A DNA stretch of 56,967 nt from the NCBI GenBank assembly GCA_946545015.1, contig CAMNMV010000003.1:1-56967 (forward strand), in the 5' to 3' direction. This DNA comes from an uncultured Clostridium sp. (GTDB taxonomy: Bacteria > Bacillota > Clostridia > TANB77 > CAG-508). The notes beneath the pieces are model-generated. The model worked only from the letters and a program-made list of their open reading frames with translations, was not told the DNA's origin and ran no database searches. This document shows, piece by piece, positions 41,131 to 51,793 of the stretch (within the stretch, counting starts at the first letter, position 1; each line of letters opens with the position of its first letter). Both the position numbers and the translations under genes were made by a program.

Positions 41131-41212
41131 AAAAAAAGATTAAAAAATTTGCCGGAATTTACGGTTTTTTTTAATCTTCTATTATTATAGCAAAATTTCT
41201 TTTCTTTTACAA
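41131..41212 (-). promoter_or_regulatory. pyrG promoter followed by a terminator-like leader hairpin
   Basis: TTGTAA-17-TATAAT (41212-41184); AGAUUAAAAAA...UUUUUUAAUCU followed by a U-tract. Confidence 0.6.
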
Positions 41213-41239
41213 TAGCTAATTAAAAATTTATAATTATTT

Positions 41240-42871
41240 TTATGAGACTTTTTTATTTCTTAATTCAGTTGCATACTTAATTGTTATTTCATTTACTTGT
41301 CCTGAAGATATTCTTGCTATTTCTTTTACGATTTCTTCTTCATTTAATAGTTTAACACTTGTATTTGTTCTTTCATCTATAACTTTTTTACTAATAAAAT
41401 AATTATAATCTGCCATTGCTGCAATTGAAGGCAAATGTGAAATGCAAAGTACTTGGTGATTTTTTGATATACTGTTTAACTTTTGAGCAACCATATTAGC
41501 TGCATTTCCACTAATCCCTGTATCTATTTCATCAAATACTAATATAGGCATTTTATCAGTATCTGCTAATACTTTCTTTATTGCTAACATTATTCTAGAT
41601 ATCTCTCCACCTGATGCAATTTTTATTAATTCTTTTTCATCTTCTCCAACATTTGTTGCTATAAAAAATTCTACTTGATCTTTTCCTGTTTTATAAAATT
41701 CATTTTCATTATAATCTATATGGATATTTATTTTTGCATTTTTCATTTCTAGATCAACTAATTCTTTATTTATATTTTTAATTAATACTTTAGCCCCCTT
41801 TTCTCTTTCACAATGTATTTGTTTTCCTATTTCATTCATTTGTTTTGTAATTTCTTCTAATTCTTTCTTTAGTTTTTGATTATACTTATCTAAGTTTTCT
41901 ATATGTTCTACTTCTTCTTCAATTTCCTTTTTATAATCTAAGATTTCTTTAATTGTATTTCCATATTTTCTTTTTAATGAATATATTAAATCTAATCTTT
42001 CTTCTATTTGACATCTTTCTTCTTCATCAAAATATATTTCATCATTATATGAACTTAAATCTCTTGATATTTCTTGTAATTCATAATATAAACTTTTTAA
42101 ATTACTTGCTACTTTTTCATATTTTTCATCTATATTTTCTATTTTTTCTAATGATTTTATTGCATAACTTATTGAATCTATTCCATTTTCACTAATTGCT
42201 GTATCTGCATCTAGCAATCCTTTTGTTATTTTTTCAGAATTTTGCATCATCTTTCTTTTTTCTTCTAACATATCTTCTTCTATTTCAGTTAAATTCGCTT
42301 GTTCTATTTCTTCTATTTGGTATTTTAATAAATCTAGTTTTCTTTCTCTTTCTTTATCATCACCATAATTTTGTTTTAATTCACTTTTTATTTCTAAGTA
42401 TCTATTATATTTTTCTAAGTATTTATCTTTTATCTTTTTTATATCATTTCCTATAAAATTATCCAAACATTTTAAATGTGTTTTATTATCTAATAATTCT
42501 TGATTCTTATTTTGCCCATGTATTTCTATAAATTTTGACATAAATTCTTTTAATTCATTTACAGTTACCATTCTTCCATTGATTTTACACATATTCTTAC
42601 CAGTTGTATTTATCTCTCGTGATACAATTATGTTTCCATCTATTGAATTTTCATTTTCTGGAGCATAAATACACATTTCTATAAAGGAATTTGTTTCTCC
42701 TTTTCTAATCATTTCTTTTGAAAATCTTCCTCCTGAAATAATCTCAATAGAGTCTATTATTAATGTTTTACCAGCTCCTGTTTCTCCTGTAAGCACATTT
42801 AATCCATTGTTTAAATCTATATTTATATCATCTATTATTCCTATATTTTTTATATGTAATGTTGTTATCAT
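41240..42871 (-). CDS. recN: DNA repair protein RecN
   Basis: LTGETGAGKT, IHGQ, IASGGEISR, FDEIDTGISG, ISHLP; ATG 42871 after GGAGG. Confidence 0.95.
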   Translation of the reverse strand: MITTLHIKNIGIIDDINIDLNNGLNVLTGETGAGKTLIIDSIEIISGGRFSKEMIRKGETNSFIEMCIYAPENENSIDGNIIVSREINTTGKNMCKINGRMVTVNELKEFMSKFIEIHGQNKNQELLDNKTHLKCLDNFIGNDIKKIKDKYLEKYNRYLEIKSELKQNYGDDKERERKLDLLKYQIEEIEQANLTEIEEDMLEEKRKMMQNSEKITKGLLDADTAISENGIDSISYAIKSLEKIENIDEKYEKVASNLKSLYYELQEISRDLSSYNDEIYFDEEERCQIEERLDLIYSLKRKYGNTIKEILDYKKEIEEEVEHIENLDKYNQKLKKELEEITKQMNEIGKQIHCEREKGAKVLIKNINKELVDLEMKNAKINIHIDYNENEFYKTGKDQVEFFIATNVGEDEKELIKIASGGEISRIMLAIKKVLADTDKMPILVFDEIDTGISGNAANMVAQKLNSISKNHQVLCISHLPSIAAMADYNYFISKKVIDERTNTSVKLLNEEEIVKEIARISSGQVNEITIKYATELRNKKVS

Positions 42872-43035
42872 ATAAACTCCTCCAAATATATTAGAATTTT
42901 TGTTCGGTTTGATTATATTTTTATTTTTTATTTTTGTCAATAGTTTTTAGAAAATTTGTTTGTATTTTTTATTTGGTTAGATTTACTTTTTTCTATTAAA
43001 GTTTTTTTAAAAAACTTTTGACTTTCAGCCTAAAC

Positions 43036-43073
43036 ATCAAAAACGAGAATAAATTAATATTCTCGTTTTTGAT
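43036..43073 (-). terminator. Terminator hairpin
   Basis: atcaaaaacgagaat-N8-attctcgtttttgat. Confidence 0.75.
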
Positions 43074-43113
43074 ATTTATATTTATATCTATATTTACCTT
43101 TTTTAATTATAAA

Positions 43114-43998
43114 TTAAAAGTTTTTATTATTATCATTGTTTTCTTTTTCGTCTAAGTATTTTCTACTTCTTTGTTTTAATTCTTCGAATTTTTCTTCATT
43201 ACTTATTTGTGCTTGATTTTCTGGTTCTATCTTTTTTCTTTGCATTGCTTTTGGAATTTCAATATTTTTTTGTTCTGCTTCTAATTCTCTTTCTAGTCTT
43301 TCTCTTTTTTCTCTCCTTATTTCTTTTCTTTCTTCTATTTTAGTATCTCTTTTACTTTTTATAACCATTATAAGAAGAATTAATGTCATTACTATTAATG
43401 TTCCAAAAACTATATACCATCCATATTGTACATGTTCTTCACTATAATATTTGCTTTCTAAATCTATTGGTTCATTATTTGTTTCAGTTACTTCTTCACT
43501 ATTTTCATCTTTGTCTTCATTTTCTTCTTCGTCAGTACTCTCTTCTTGTTCTTCTGAATTACCATTAGATTGTTTCTTAACATTTATATAGTACTCTTTT
43601 GTTGTTTTTTTATCTGCTGCTGTAACTGTAATTGTGACTTTGTTTTTTCCCGCTTTTAAATTTTCATTTCCTGTTACTTTATATGTTGCATTTTCATCTT
43701 GAGTTGTAGCATATACTTTTACTGTTGTTACTCCACTTGGTACTGTTGTTTCATATGTTGTAATATCTGGTTTAAAACCTTTAAAGTCATATGTATAAAC
43801 TCCTAAATTTGATAATTTAGCATTAGCTAATATATTTTCTTTACTTTTAATAGTATTTGTGCTATTGCTTGATACTTCATTTGATTTAGTACTATTTATA
43901 GTATTTGCTGCTTGTACTTTATTTATCGGATTTATAAATACAATTGTACTTATTAATGATATTAATATTACTATAACTTTTGCTATTGTTTTTTTCAT
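43114..43998 (-). CDS. Surface protein with cadherin-like beta-sandwich domain, TM segment and charged tail
   Basis: NAKLSNL, FKPDITTY, LKAGKNKVTITVTAAD..KEYYINV. Confidence 0.8.
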   Translation of the reverse strand: MKKTIAKVIVILISLISTIVFINPINKVQAANTINSTKSNEVSSNSTNTIKSKENILANAKLSNLGVYTYDFKGFKPDITTYETTVPSGVTTVKVYATTQDENATYKVTGNENLKAGKNKVTITVTAADKKTTKEYYINVKKQSNGNSEEQEESTDEEENEDKDENSEEVTETNNEPIDLESKYYSEEHVQYGWYIVFGTLIVMTLILLIMVIKSKRDTKIEERKEIRREKRERLERELEAEQKNIEIPKAMQRKKIEPENQAQISNEEKFEELKQRSRKYLDEKENNDNNKNF

Positions 43999-44037
43999 TT
44001 TTCTTTTGCCGCCTTTTCTATTTTATTTTTTCACTTA

Positions 44038-44982
44038 TTATTCATTAGTTTCTTTTTTATCATTATATTCATTGACTAAATATAATGGTCTATTTTTTGT
44101 TTCTTTAAATATTCTTCCTAGATATTCGCCTACTATTCCAAATAATAATATTTGTACCCCTGAAAAGAATAATATTAATAATATTATTGCTTGATATGCT
44201 TGTATTGGTTCATTTACTACAAAACACTTTGCTATTACATAAATAAAATATGCAAATAGTATTATAAATGTTGGTATTGAAATAAATGTTGAAAGTCTTA
44301 ATGGAGATGTTGTAAATGAAGTTATTCCGTCTAATGCTAAATCTATCAGTTTACCATAATTCCATTTAGTTTTTCCAGCAACTCTTGGAGGTCTATCATA
44401 TAAAACTTCTTTTTTATTATAACCTATCCAACTAAACATACTTTTTGTATTTCTTTGTGATTCTCTTAATTTTTTTAATGCATTTACACATCTTCTATCT
44501 AATAATCTAAAATCTCCTGTGTCTTTTTGAATTTCAATTTTAGTTGTTTTTTGTAATATTTTATAATACATTTTTGATGTGAATTTTTTGAAAAAAGATT
44601 CTCCTTTTCTAGACCTTCTCTTTCCATATACATCATCATAACCTTCTTCCCAATATTTTATAAATTCTGGAATCAATTCTGGTGGATCTTGTAAATCTGC
44701 ATCCATAAATACTACACAATCTCCTGTAGCATAATCTAAGCCTGCTATCATTGCTATTTCTTTTCCAAAATTTCTTGAAAAATCTACATAACAAACTCTT
44801 TTGTCCTCATTTCTTAACATTTTTATTATTTTTAATGTTTTATCTTTACTTCCATCGTTTATAAATAATATTTCGAATTCATATTGAACCATTTTCTTAG
44901 TTACATCATCTAATCTTTTATATAATTTAGTAATTGATTCTTCCTCGTTATATGATGGTATTATTATACTTATTTTTTTCAT
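44038..44982 (-). CDS. GT2 polyprenol-phosphate glycosyltransferase (GtrB/CsbB-like)
   Basis: NDGSKD, FSRNFGKE, MDADLQDPP, GDFRLLDR, two C-terminal TMs. Confidence 0.92.
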   Translation of the reverse strand: MKKISIIIPSYNEEESITKLYKRLDDVTKKMVQYEFEILFINDGSKDKTLKIIKMLRNEDKRVCYVDFSRNFGKEIAMIAGLDYATGDCVVFMDADLQDPPELIPEFIKYWEEGYDDVYGKRRSRKGESFFKKFTSKMYYKILQKTTKIEIQKDTGDFRLLDRRCVNALKKLRESQRNTKSMFSWIGYNKKEVLYDRPPRVAGKTKWNYGKLIDLALDGITSFTTSPLRLSTFISIPTFIILFAYFIYVIAKCFVVNEPIQAYQAIILLILFFSGVQILLFGIVGEYLGRIFKETKNRPLYLVNEYNDKKETNE

Positions 44983-45006
44983 TATTTATTTGCCTTCCTC
45001 ATTTTA

Positions 45007-45444
45007 TTATTCAGCATTTGTATTTTCTTTTTTCTTTTTAAAAATTATCCATTTACTAAAAACATAATTCATAATAACAACCATTATTTGTGTTACTATT
45101 TTAGCTATAATATCATTTATTCCTAAAACTTTAACCATTAAAGCAAATGTTCCTACATCACATAATATCCCTGAAATAACTCTGGCTGCAAAAAACATTA
45201 TCATCTCTTTTAAAAATGCTTTTTTAGTTTCTGTTTTACTTTCAAAAACCCATATTTTATTAGTAATATATGCAAATAAAACAGCACAAAACCATGATAA
45301 TCCACTACTTATTACTTCATCAATATGAAATAATCTTGCGAATACAAAATATGATCCGAAATTTACTACTGCAGCTAATCCTCCGAATATTACATAATTA
45401 ATTATTTCTTTATATTTTTCATATAATCCTTTTATTTTTTTCAT
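45007..45444 (-). CDS. GtrA-family flippase-like protein
   Basis: YVIFGGL, FAYITNKIWVFES, NYVFSKWIIF. Confidence 0.9.
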   Translation of the reverse strand: MKKIKGLYEKYKEIINYVIFGGLAAVVNFGSYFVFARLFHIDEVISSGLSWFCAVLFAYITNKIWVFESKTETKKAFLKEMIMFFAARVISGILCDVGTFALMVKVLGINDIIAKIVTQIMVVIMNYVFSKWIIFKKKKENTNAE

Positions 45445-46385
45445 TTTCGTTTAAATATTTCTCCCAATGGTAAATTTTCGTTAATTCTTCTTATTGTTTC
45501 TGCAAATAATGGTGCTATTGATAGCTCTGTAATTTTATCAATCTTTTTTTCTTCTACAAGTGGAATTGTATTTGTTATAACCAATTCTTCTATATCCGAA
45601 TTTGCTATTCTTTCTATTGCTGGTCCTGATAAAACGCCATGTGTACATCCTGCATAGATACTTTTTGCTCCAAATTTTTTAAGAACTCTTACTGTTTCCA
45701 TCATTGATCCTGCAGTATCTATTTCATCATCAAATATTATTGCATTTTTATCTTTAACATCACCAATAATTGTACTTGCAATCGCTCTGTCATCATTTCC
45801 TTCTCTTCTTTTATCTACTAATGCTATTGGACAATTGAAAAATTCTGAATATTTATATGCCTTTTTAGAACTTCCAGCATCTGTTGCAACAATTACCATA
45901 TTATCTAATTTTTTTTCTACAAAATAATCTTCTAATATATTTTCTGCTGTTAATCTATCGCAATTTATATTAAAATATGCTTGAATTGCTGGATTGTGTA
46001 AATCGCATGTTATTACTCTTGTTGCACCAGCAGCTTCTAATAATTCTGCCATTAATTTAGCTGTTATTGGAACTCTAGGTTGATCTTTTTTATCAGATCT
46101 TGAGTATGGAAAATATGGTAATACTACATTTATATTTTTAGCAGAAGCTCTTTTTACTGCATCAATTGTAATTAATAATTCCATTATTCTTTCATTTACT
46201 GGTGGTATTGATGTTTGTACAATATATACATCTTGTTCCCTTACAGATTCTAATATTTGTACAAAATTGTTATCATTTTTAAATTTCATGGAATTGATTT
46301 TTCCCATTTCTAATCCTAAATAATCACAAATCTCCTTTGTGAAATTTTCAGCACTTCTACAAGCAAATATTTTAATATTATTCAT
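45441..46385 (-). CDS. prs: Ribose-phosphate pyrophosphokinase
   Basis: PYFPYSRSDKK, CDLH, DKRR, FDDEIDTAGS, THGVLSG. Confidence 0.95.
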   Translation of the reverse strand: MNNIKIFACRSAENFTKEICDYLGLEMGKINSMKFKNDNNFVQILESVREQDVYIVQTSIPPVNERIMELLITIDAVKRASAKNINVVLPYFPYSRSDKKDQPRVPITAKLMAELLEAAGATRVITCDLHNPAIQAYFNINCDRLTAENILEDYFVEKKLDNMVIVATDAGSSKKAYKYSEFFNCPIALVDKRREGNDDRAIASTIIGDVKDKNAIIFDDEIDTAGSMMETVRVLKKFGAKSIYAGCTHGVLSGPAIERIANSDIEELVITNTIPLVEEKKIDKITELSIAPLFAETIRRINENLPLGEIFKRK

Positions 46386-46412
46386 ATTTTTTATCCTTTC
46401 GTTCTTTTATTC

Positions 46413-46450
46413 AAAATAAAGAGAAACAAATATATGCTTCTCTTTATTTA
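46413..46450 (-). terminator. Hairpin after wzm
   Basis: aaaataaagagaa...ttctctttatttt. Confidence 0.6.
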
Positions 46451-46452
46451 CT

Positions 46453-47226
46453 TTATAATTGTTCTGCAAATCCTTTTTGTAATTTTTTGAATACAAAATA
46501 TCCTACTATTAATAATGCCATAGATATAGCAAATAATATTCCTAATGCTCCCATATTTGGTACTTGTTGATAATAGAATATTGCTCTATATGCATCAATT
46601 ATATGTGTCATTGGGTTAAGTTGCATTATTGTTTGTAAATTAGCAGGTAATTGTTCTAATCTATATATTATTGGTGTTCCATAAAATGCTGCTAATAAAA
46701 TAATTCCAATTATATGTTCTAAATCTCTAAAATACACTGTTATTGCTGAAACAATAAATCCTATTCCTAATAATAAAACATATTGTATTAATAATACTAA
46801 TGGAAAAAATATTAAGTGCCATGATAATCCAATTCCTGATAATAATACAAAGAATACTATTATTGTAACAGAAATCAAAAAATTAACTGCTCCACTTGTA
46901 ACAACTGATATTGGTAAAATTTCTCTTGGAAAATATACTTTCTTTATAATATCAGCATTCCCTATTACTGTAAATGAAGCTTGAGTTATTGCTGTTGTAA
47001 AATATGTCCAAGGAATTAAAGCAACACATATATATATATGATATGTTGGATCTCCTCCTGCAAGTAATGCACCAAATATAATTGCATATACTGCTAATTG
47101 TAAAAGCGGATTTAAGAATGACCATAAAACACCTAATATTGAGTTTTTATATCTTCCTCTTATTTCTTTTTTTACATTTGTTTTTAATAATTCTCTATAA
47201 TTATATATTTTTTGAAATATGTTCAT
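46453..47226 (-). CDS. Polysaccharide ABC-2 permease (Wzm/TagG-like)
   Basis: RYKNSILGVLWSFLNPL, KKVYFP, FRDLEH, TPIIY, LNPM. Confidence 0.9.
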   Translation of the reverse strand: MNIFQKIYNYRELLKTNVKKEIRGRYKNSILGVLWSFLNPLLQLAVYAIIFGALLAGGDPTYHIYICVALIPWTYFTTAITQASFTVIGNADIIKKVYFPREILPISVVTSGAVNFLISVTIIVFFVLLSGIGLSWHLIFFPLVLLIQYVLLLGIGFIVSAITVYFRDLEHIIGIILLAAFYGTPIIYRLEQLPANLQTIMQLNPMTHIIDAYRAIFYYQQVPNMGALGILFAISMALLIVGYFVFKKLQKGFAEQL

Positions 47227-47265
47227 AATCAAACCTTGAGCCTTATGTAAGCTTTTCTCCTTTCA

Positions 47266-48012
47266 CTACATTGTTGTTTTTAAGTATTCGTCAACTACTT
47301 CGTTTGTATTTCCATCCATTTTAACTTGTCCTTGATATAACCATACTGCTCTATCACATAGATTTCTTACTGAATCCATACTATGTGTAACAAATACCAT
47401 AGTTTTTCCTTCTTTTTTCAATTCACGCATTTTGTTAAAACATTTTTCTTGGAAATGTTGATCACCTACTGATAAAATTTCATCTATTAAAAGAATATCT
47501 GCATCAACATTTATTGCAACTGAGAAAGCTAATCTCATATACATTCCTGAAGAATATGTTCTAACTGGATTATCTATAAAATCTTTTAATTCTGAAAATT
47601 CAATTATTTGCTCTAATCTTTCATCTATTTCTTTTTTAGTTAATCCAAATATTGATGAATTAAAATAAATATTTTCTCTTCCAGAAAAATCAGGATGGAA
47701 ACCTGCTCCTAATTCTAGTAATGATGTTAGTTTTCCTCTTGTTTCAATAGTTCCTTTATTAGGAAATATTATTTGTGTCATTAATTTTAAAAGTGTAGAC
47801 TTACCACTACCGTTTACTCCTATAAGAGCTACTGTTTCACCTTTTTTTATTTCAAGATTAATATCATTTAATATTTCTCTTTTTTCTCTTCTTTTATTTC
47901 TCTTAAAAAATAACATTCTTTCTTTTAATGTGTTTGCTCTATCATAATAAATATTAAAGCTTTTATACACATGTTCAACTTTTATTGCTACGTCGTCATC
48001 ATTTTCTTTCAT
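47266..48012 (-). CDS. Polysaccharide ABC ATPase (Wzt/TagH-like, no C-terminal binding domain)
   Basis: GVNGSGKST, LELGAGFHP, YSSGMYMRLAFS, IDEILSVGD. Confidence 0.92.
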   Translation of the reverse strand: MKENDDDVAIKVEHVYKSFNIYYDRANTLKERMLFFKRNKRREKREILNDINLEIKKGETVALIGVNGSGKSTLLKLMTQIIFPNKGTIETRGKLTSLLELGAGFHPDFSGRENIYFNSSIFGLTKKEIDERLEQIIEFSELKDFIDNPVRTYSSGMYMRLAFSVAINVDADILLIDEILSVGDQHFQEKCFNKMRELKKEGKTMVFVTHSMDSVRNLCDRAVWLYQGQVKMDGNTNEVVDEYLKTTM

Positions 48013-48069
48013 TTTTTTACTCCTTTTGTATTTTTCGGTATCGTAATTATATCATAAATATAAATAATG

Positions 48070-49890
48070 TCAAACTTTAAAATTTTCATTTTTATTTTTT
48101 TTCAAAAATACAGTAGTTACTATAAAAATTGGAATTGTTGTAAATAAACAATATACATATCTTGGTTCTGCAAATACCGGAGAAGCCAATACTGTTACCC
48201 ATACAAATAATACAGGTATAAATATTAATAATTTTAAATATAACTTTTCATAAACACAATATCCCATACATATTAGCAAAATCCAAAATAGGAATCCAAT
48301 ACTAAGTATCATACTAATTATTGGAAAATCTCTATTATTAACGAAATTGTTAATTTTATCTAGAATTTGTAGTTTTATTATTGGTGTAGTTTTTATGTCA
48401 TATTTTTGCATTCCATCAAATGATTCTGTATTTACACCAGTATAAACTCCCCATCCAACAACATTAGGATAATAATATCCATAATTTCCAAGTATAAAAG
48501 ATTTTATTGTCTCTCCTGGAAACTTAATTGCTAATTCAAAATATAATTTTATTAATCCTATTTTATCTTTTTCAAAAGCTTCCTCGGAAAAATTACTTTT
48601 TATTGGATCTGCGAAAACTGGATTATATAAATCTTTAAAATTATCTATTGGTAAATACTCTTTTATTTTATCTTTTTGCACATCAGTTAATTCATCATTT
48701 TTATATATTATTAATCTTGCAAATTGTTGTATTGGAATTGTTAAGGCTTCTCTTGAAGAACCTTTCTTTATACCAATCCAATTATAAATTGGATTAGTTA
48801 TAATTTCATATAATATAATTGGTAGTAAAAAAATGATTAATATTTTTTTCCAATATTTTTTCATTGCAATTAAGAAAAAAGGAAATGCTAATATAAAAGC
48901 ATATATTCCATTGTTTCTAAAAAACATTGCTAACAATATGCAAATTGATAATAATGCTATTTTTTTCTTTGAACTCATAAACTCATCTGTATTTGTAACC
49001 ATTTCAATTATTCCTATAGTTACTATTAACATTAATAATGCAAATGGTATATCTTTATACATTGTTATAGTATAAAATCCAATAGTTGGACATAATGCAA
49101 AAAATATTAATGCACATATTCTAGCAGCTAATGGTACTTTCTTTTTTGCCATATAATAAATAGCATAAGAAAACACAAATGCTGTTAATACAGTTTGAAT
49201 TATTGTGTATAATGCTACACCAAATTGATAACTTCCAGTAAGTCCATAGCCAATATCTATACAAGTTTTTATACACATTGTATGTAGAACTGGATGATGA
49301 TTTGTAAATTCAAAATCCCCTTGTCCTTGTAAAATTTGAACTGTGGAATCTATCAATACATTTCCTGGAAAATAGTTTAATATATATGGTAAGTATATTA
49401 AAATTAATAGTAATGCTACAAATAATATTGATTTCTTATTTGCAGAAAAGAATTTATATTCTTTATTACTTGTCTTCTTTTTTTCTAATTTTCTCCACTT
49501 ATTCACATTTTCATACAGTAAATTAATTATAGCTGTAATTAGAACAAAATAAACTTCAAATTTAAAAATTAGTAATATTATCATTTTCTTCGATATTGCA
49601 AATTCATTTTGTGCCATATATCCTAGTAAATAAAATATTGCTAATATTAAACCTAGTAAACATGAAATCTTGATTCTTCTTCTTTCTATATTTTTAAAAA
49701 CATACTTAAAAAACACAAATAAAACAGTTAGTACAATTAACCATTTAAAGTCATTACCAGAAAATCTAAATTCATTTTCAATTAAATTAACTGATATCCC
49801 TATTGTGGTAATTAAGCTTAATAATAAAATACATATATTGTTATTTTTTAATATTTTTTTCATATTTTTCATACCTTTATTATTTTTCAT
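48070..49890 (-). CDS. Polytopic membrane protein, GT-C-like (DUF6020-like)
   Basis: YFPG..DS..Q, NHHPVLHT, YKDIPFA, FRNNG, PIQQFAR, EPRY. Confidence 0.7.
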   Translation of the reverse strand: MKNNKGMKNMKKILKNNNICILLLSLITTIGISVNLIENEFRFSGNDFKWLIVLTVLFVFFKYVFKNIERRRIKISCLLGLILAIFYLLGYMAQNEFAISKKMIILLIFKFEVYFVLITAIINLLYENVNKWRKLEKKKTSNKEYKFFSANKKSILFVALLLILIYLPYILNYFPGNVLIDSTVQILQGQGDFEFTNHHPVLHTMCIKTCIDIGYGLTGSYQFGVALYTIIQTVLTAFVFSYAIYYMAKKKVPLAARICALIFFALCPTIGFYTITMYKDIPFALLMLIVTIGIIEMVTNTDEFMSSKKKIALLSICILLAMFFRNNGIYAFILAFPFFLIAMKKYWKKILIIFLLPIILYEIITNPIYNWIGIKKGSSREALTIPIQQFARLIIYKNDELTDVQKDKIKEYLPIDNFKDLYNPVFADPIKSNFSEEAFEKDKIGLIKLYFELAIKFPGETIKSFILGNYGYYYPNVVGWGVYTGVNTESFDGMQKYDIKTTPIIKLQILDKINNFVNNRDFPIISMILSIGFLFWILLICMGYCVYEKLYLKLLIFIPVLFVWVTVLASPVFAEPRYVYCLFTTIPIFIVTTVFLKKNKNENFKV

Positions 49891-50836
49891 TATCTTTTAA
49901 CTCTTTATATTTATCTGCATATTCATTTAGTTTTATTTCAAAGTTTCTTCTATCTGATTTTACTATTGTTTGTAATATTAGTCCACCAAAAAATGATTGG
50001 ATACTACATATGAAGAAAAATACACTTGTTACAAATGATGGCATTTTGGGAACCAATCCAGTTTGTACATAATCAATTAAAACTGGTATTAAAAATCCTA
50101 GTCCTACTAATGCTAAAATTATAGTTACCCATGTAAAAAATGATAATGGTCTATAATTCTTATATAGCATTCCTATTGTTTTTAAAACTTTAAATCCATC
50201 TGAATAAGTATTTAATTTTGATTCACTACCTTCTGGTCTATCTCTATATTCAATTATTATATTTTCAACTCCCATATTTTTATCAAGAGTATGTATTGTC
50301 ATTTCTGTTTCAATTTCAAATCCTTTTGATAATACTGGGAATGTTTTTACAAATTGATAACTAAAAGCTCTATATCCTGTCATAACATCTCTTATATCAC
50401 TTTTATATATCATATTAATTAATTTTCTTACTAAAACATTTCCTAAATTATGAAATGGTCTTTTATTTTCTGTAAAATATGTTGATGATAATCTATCTCC
50501 AATTACCATATCAGCATTTCTTTCTAATACAGCATTACACATTTCTTTAGCATATTCTGCAGGATAAGTATCATCTCCATCTGTCATAATATAACATTCT
50601 GCATCTATATCGCGGAACATACTTCTTATTACATTTCCTTTTCCTTGTTTTCTTTCATATCTAACAATAGCTCCTGCTTCTTTCGCTATTTTATCTGTTC
50701 CATCTTTTGAATTATTATCATATACATATATTGTTGCTTCTGGTAATTCTCTTCTAAAATCCTCAATTACCTTTTTTACTGTTTTACTTTCATTATAACA
50801 TGGTATTAATACCGCTATTTTATCCATTTTTTCCAT
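49880..50836 (-). CDS. GT2 polyprenol-phosphate glycosyltransferase
   Basis: LIPCYNE, YDNNSKD, QGKG, DGDDTY, DVMTGYR, FEIETE; C-terminal TMs. Confidence 0.9.
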   Translation of the reverse strand: MEKMDKIAVLIPCYNESKTVKKVIEDFRRELPEATIYVYDNNSKDGTDKIAKEAGAIVRYERKQGKGNVIRSMFRDIDAECYIMTDGDDTYPAEYAKEMCNAVLERNADMVIGDRLSSTYFTENKRPFHNLGNVLVRKLINMIYKSDIRDVMTGYRAFSYQFVKTFPVLSKGFEIETEMTIHTLDKNMGVENIIIEYRDRPEGSESKLNTYSDGFKVLKTIGMLYKNYRPLSFFTWVTIILALVGLGFLIPVLIDYVQTGLVPKMPSFVTSVFFFICSIQSFFGGLILQTIVKSDRRNFEIKLNEYADKYKELKDNEK

Positions 50837-50888
50837 TCCCCATTTTACAATTTATTTTTTACGAGTATAGCATAATTTACTATATGTG

Positions 50889-51791
50889 TCAAAATTTCTT
50901 ACTCTTTAAAATTCCTGGAAAATATAATAAATAATATAAAATTTTATTTTTACATCCTTTTATATTTTTTCCTGTACATTGATTTGTTAGATATCCAAAT
51001 AGAATATAATGTTTTATTGCATATATTCTTTTGCCTAATTTAACTCCACTCATATCTCGATTTAAAATCTCTTTAAAATATTCATAATATCCATATGGAT
51101 TTTCTTTAAATTGTTTTTGAATATTTTTTGTGTATCCACCTTCTTGATATTCACAAATCATAATCGGTTCATTTACACATATCATTTTATATTTCAAATC
51201 CATCTCATGATATAATCTAGCTTCTGTTACAAATTTTTCATTATGCTCTAGTTTATGTTTATATTTTTTCCTTACATCTGCTAGGAAAACAATTGCTTTT
51301 TCCCCATTTTCTCCTTCTTTAAAATATAAATCAAACATAGTTGTTCTATCTTTCTTAAAGTTATTTCCCATATTCTTGCCATTACTATCATTTTTCAAAA
51401 AACAAAATGCATAAACATTTTCTAAATTATTTTTGTTTTCTTCATATGCTTCTTTTATAATTTTAAAAGCATCATTTGAAAACCAATCATCAGAATCACA
51501 ATCTACAATCAAATCTCCTGTTGCCTTTTCTACTAAATTATTAATAGCTGTCATCTTTCCTTGATTTTCTTGATAAAAATATTTAATTTCAAAAATATTT
51601 TTATCTATATTTTGTTTTTTACTATCTTCAATAAGTTTATCAACAACTTCTTTGGTAATATCTGTTGATCCATCATCCATTATTAGCCACTCCACAGATA
51701 AACCATATTGTAAATTTTTTATCAGACTTGCATATAATTTACTTATTAAATTTGCCCTATTATATGTTGGGGTTAATACTGATATTTTCAA
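50889..51791 (-). CDS. GT2 glycosyltransferase
   Basis: TPTYNRA, DDGSTD, DSDD. Confidence 0.9.
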   Translation of the reverse strand: MKISVLTPTYNRANLISKLYASLIKNLQYGLSVEWLIMDDGSTDITKEVVDKLIEDSKKQNIDKNIFEIKYFYQENQGKMTAINNLVEKATGDLIVDCDSDDWFSNDAFKIIKEAYEENKNNLENVYAFCFLKNDSNGKNMGNNFKKDRTTMFDLYFKEGENGEKAIVFLADVRKKYKHKLEHNEKFVTEARLYHEMDLKYKMICVNEPIMICEYQEGGYTKNIQKQFKENPYGYYEYFKEILNRDMSGVKLGKRIYAIKHYILFGYLTNQCTGKNIKGCKNKILYYLLYFPGILKSKKF

Positions 51792-51793
51792 TT

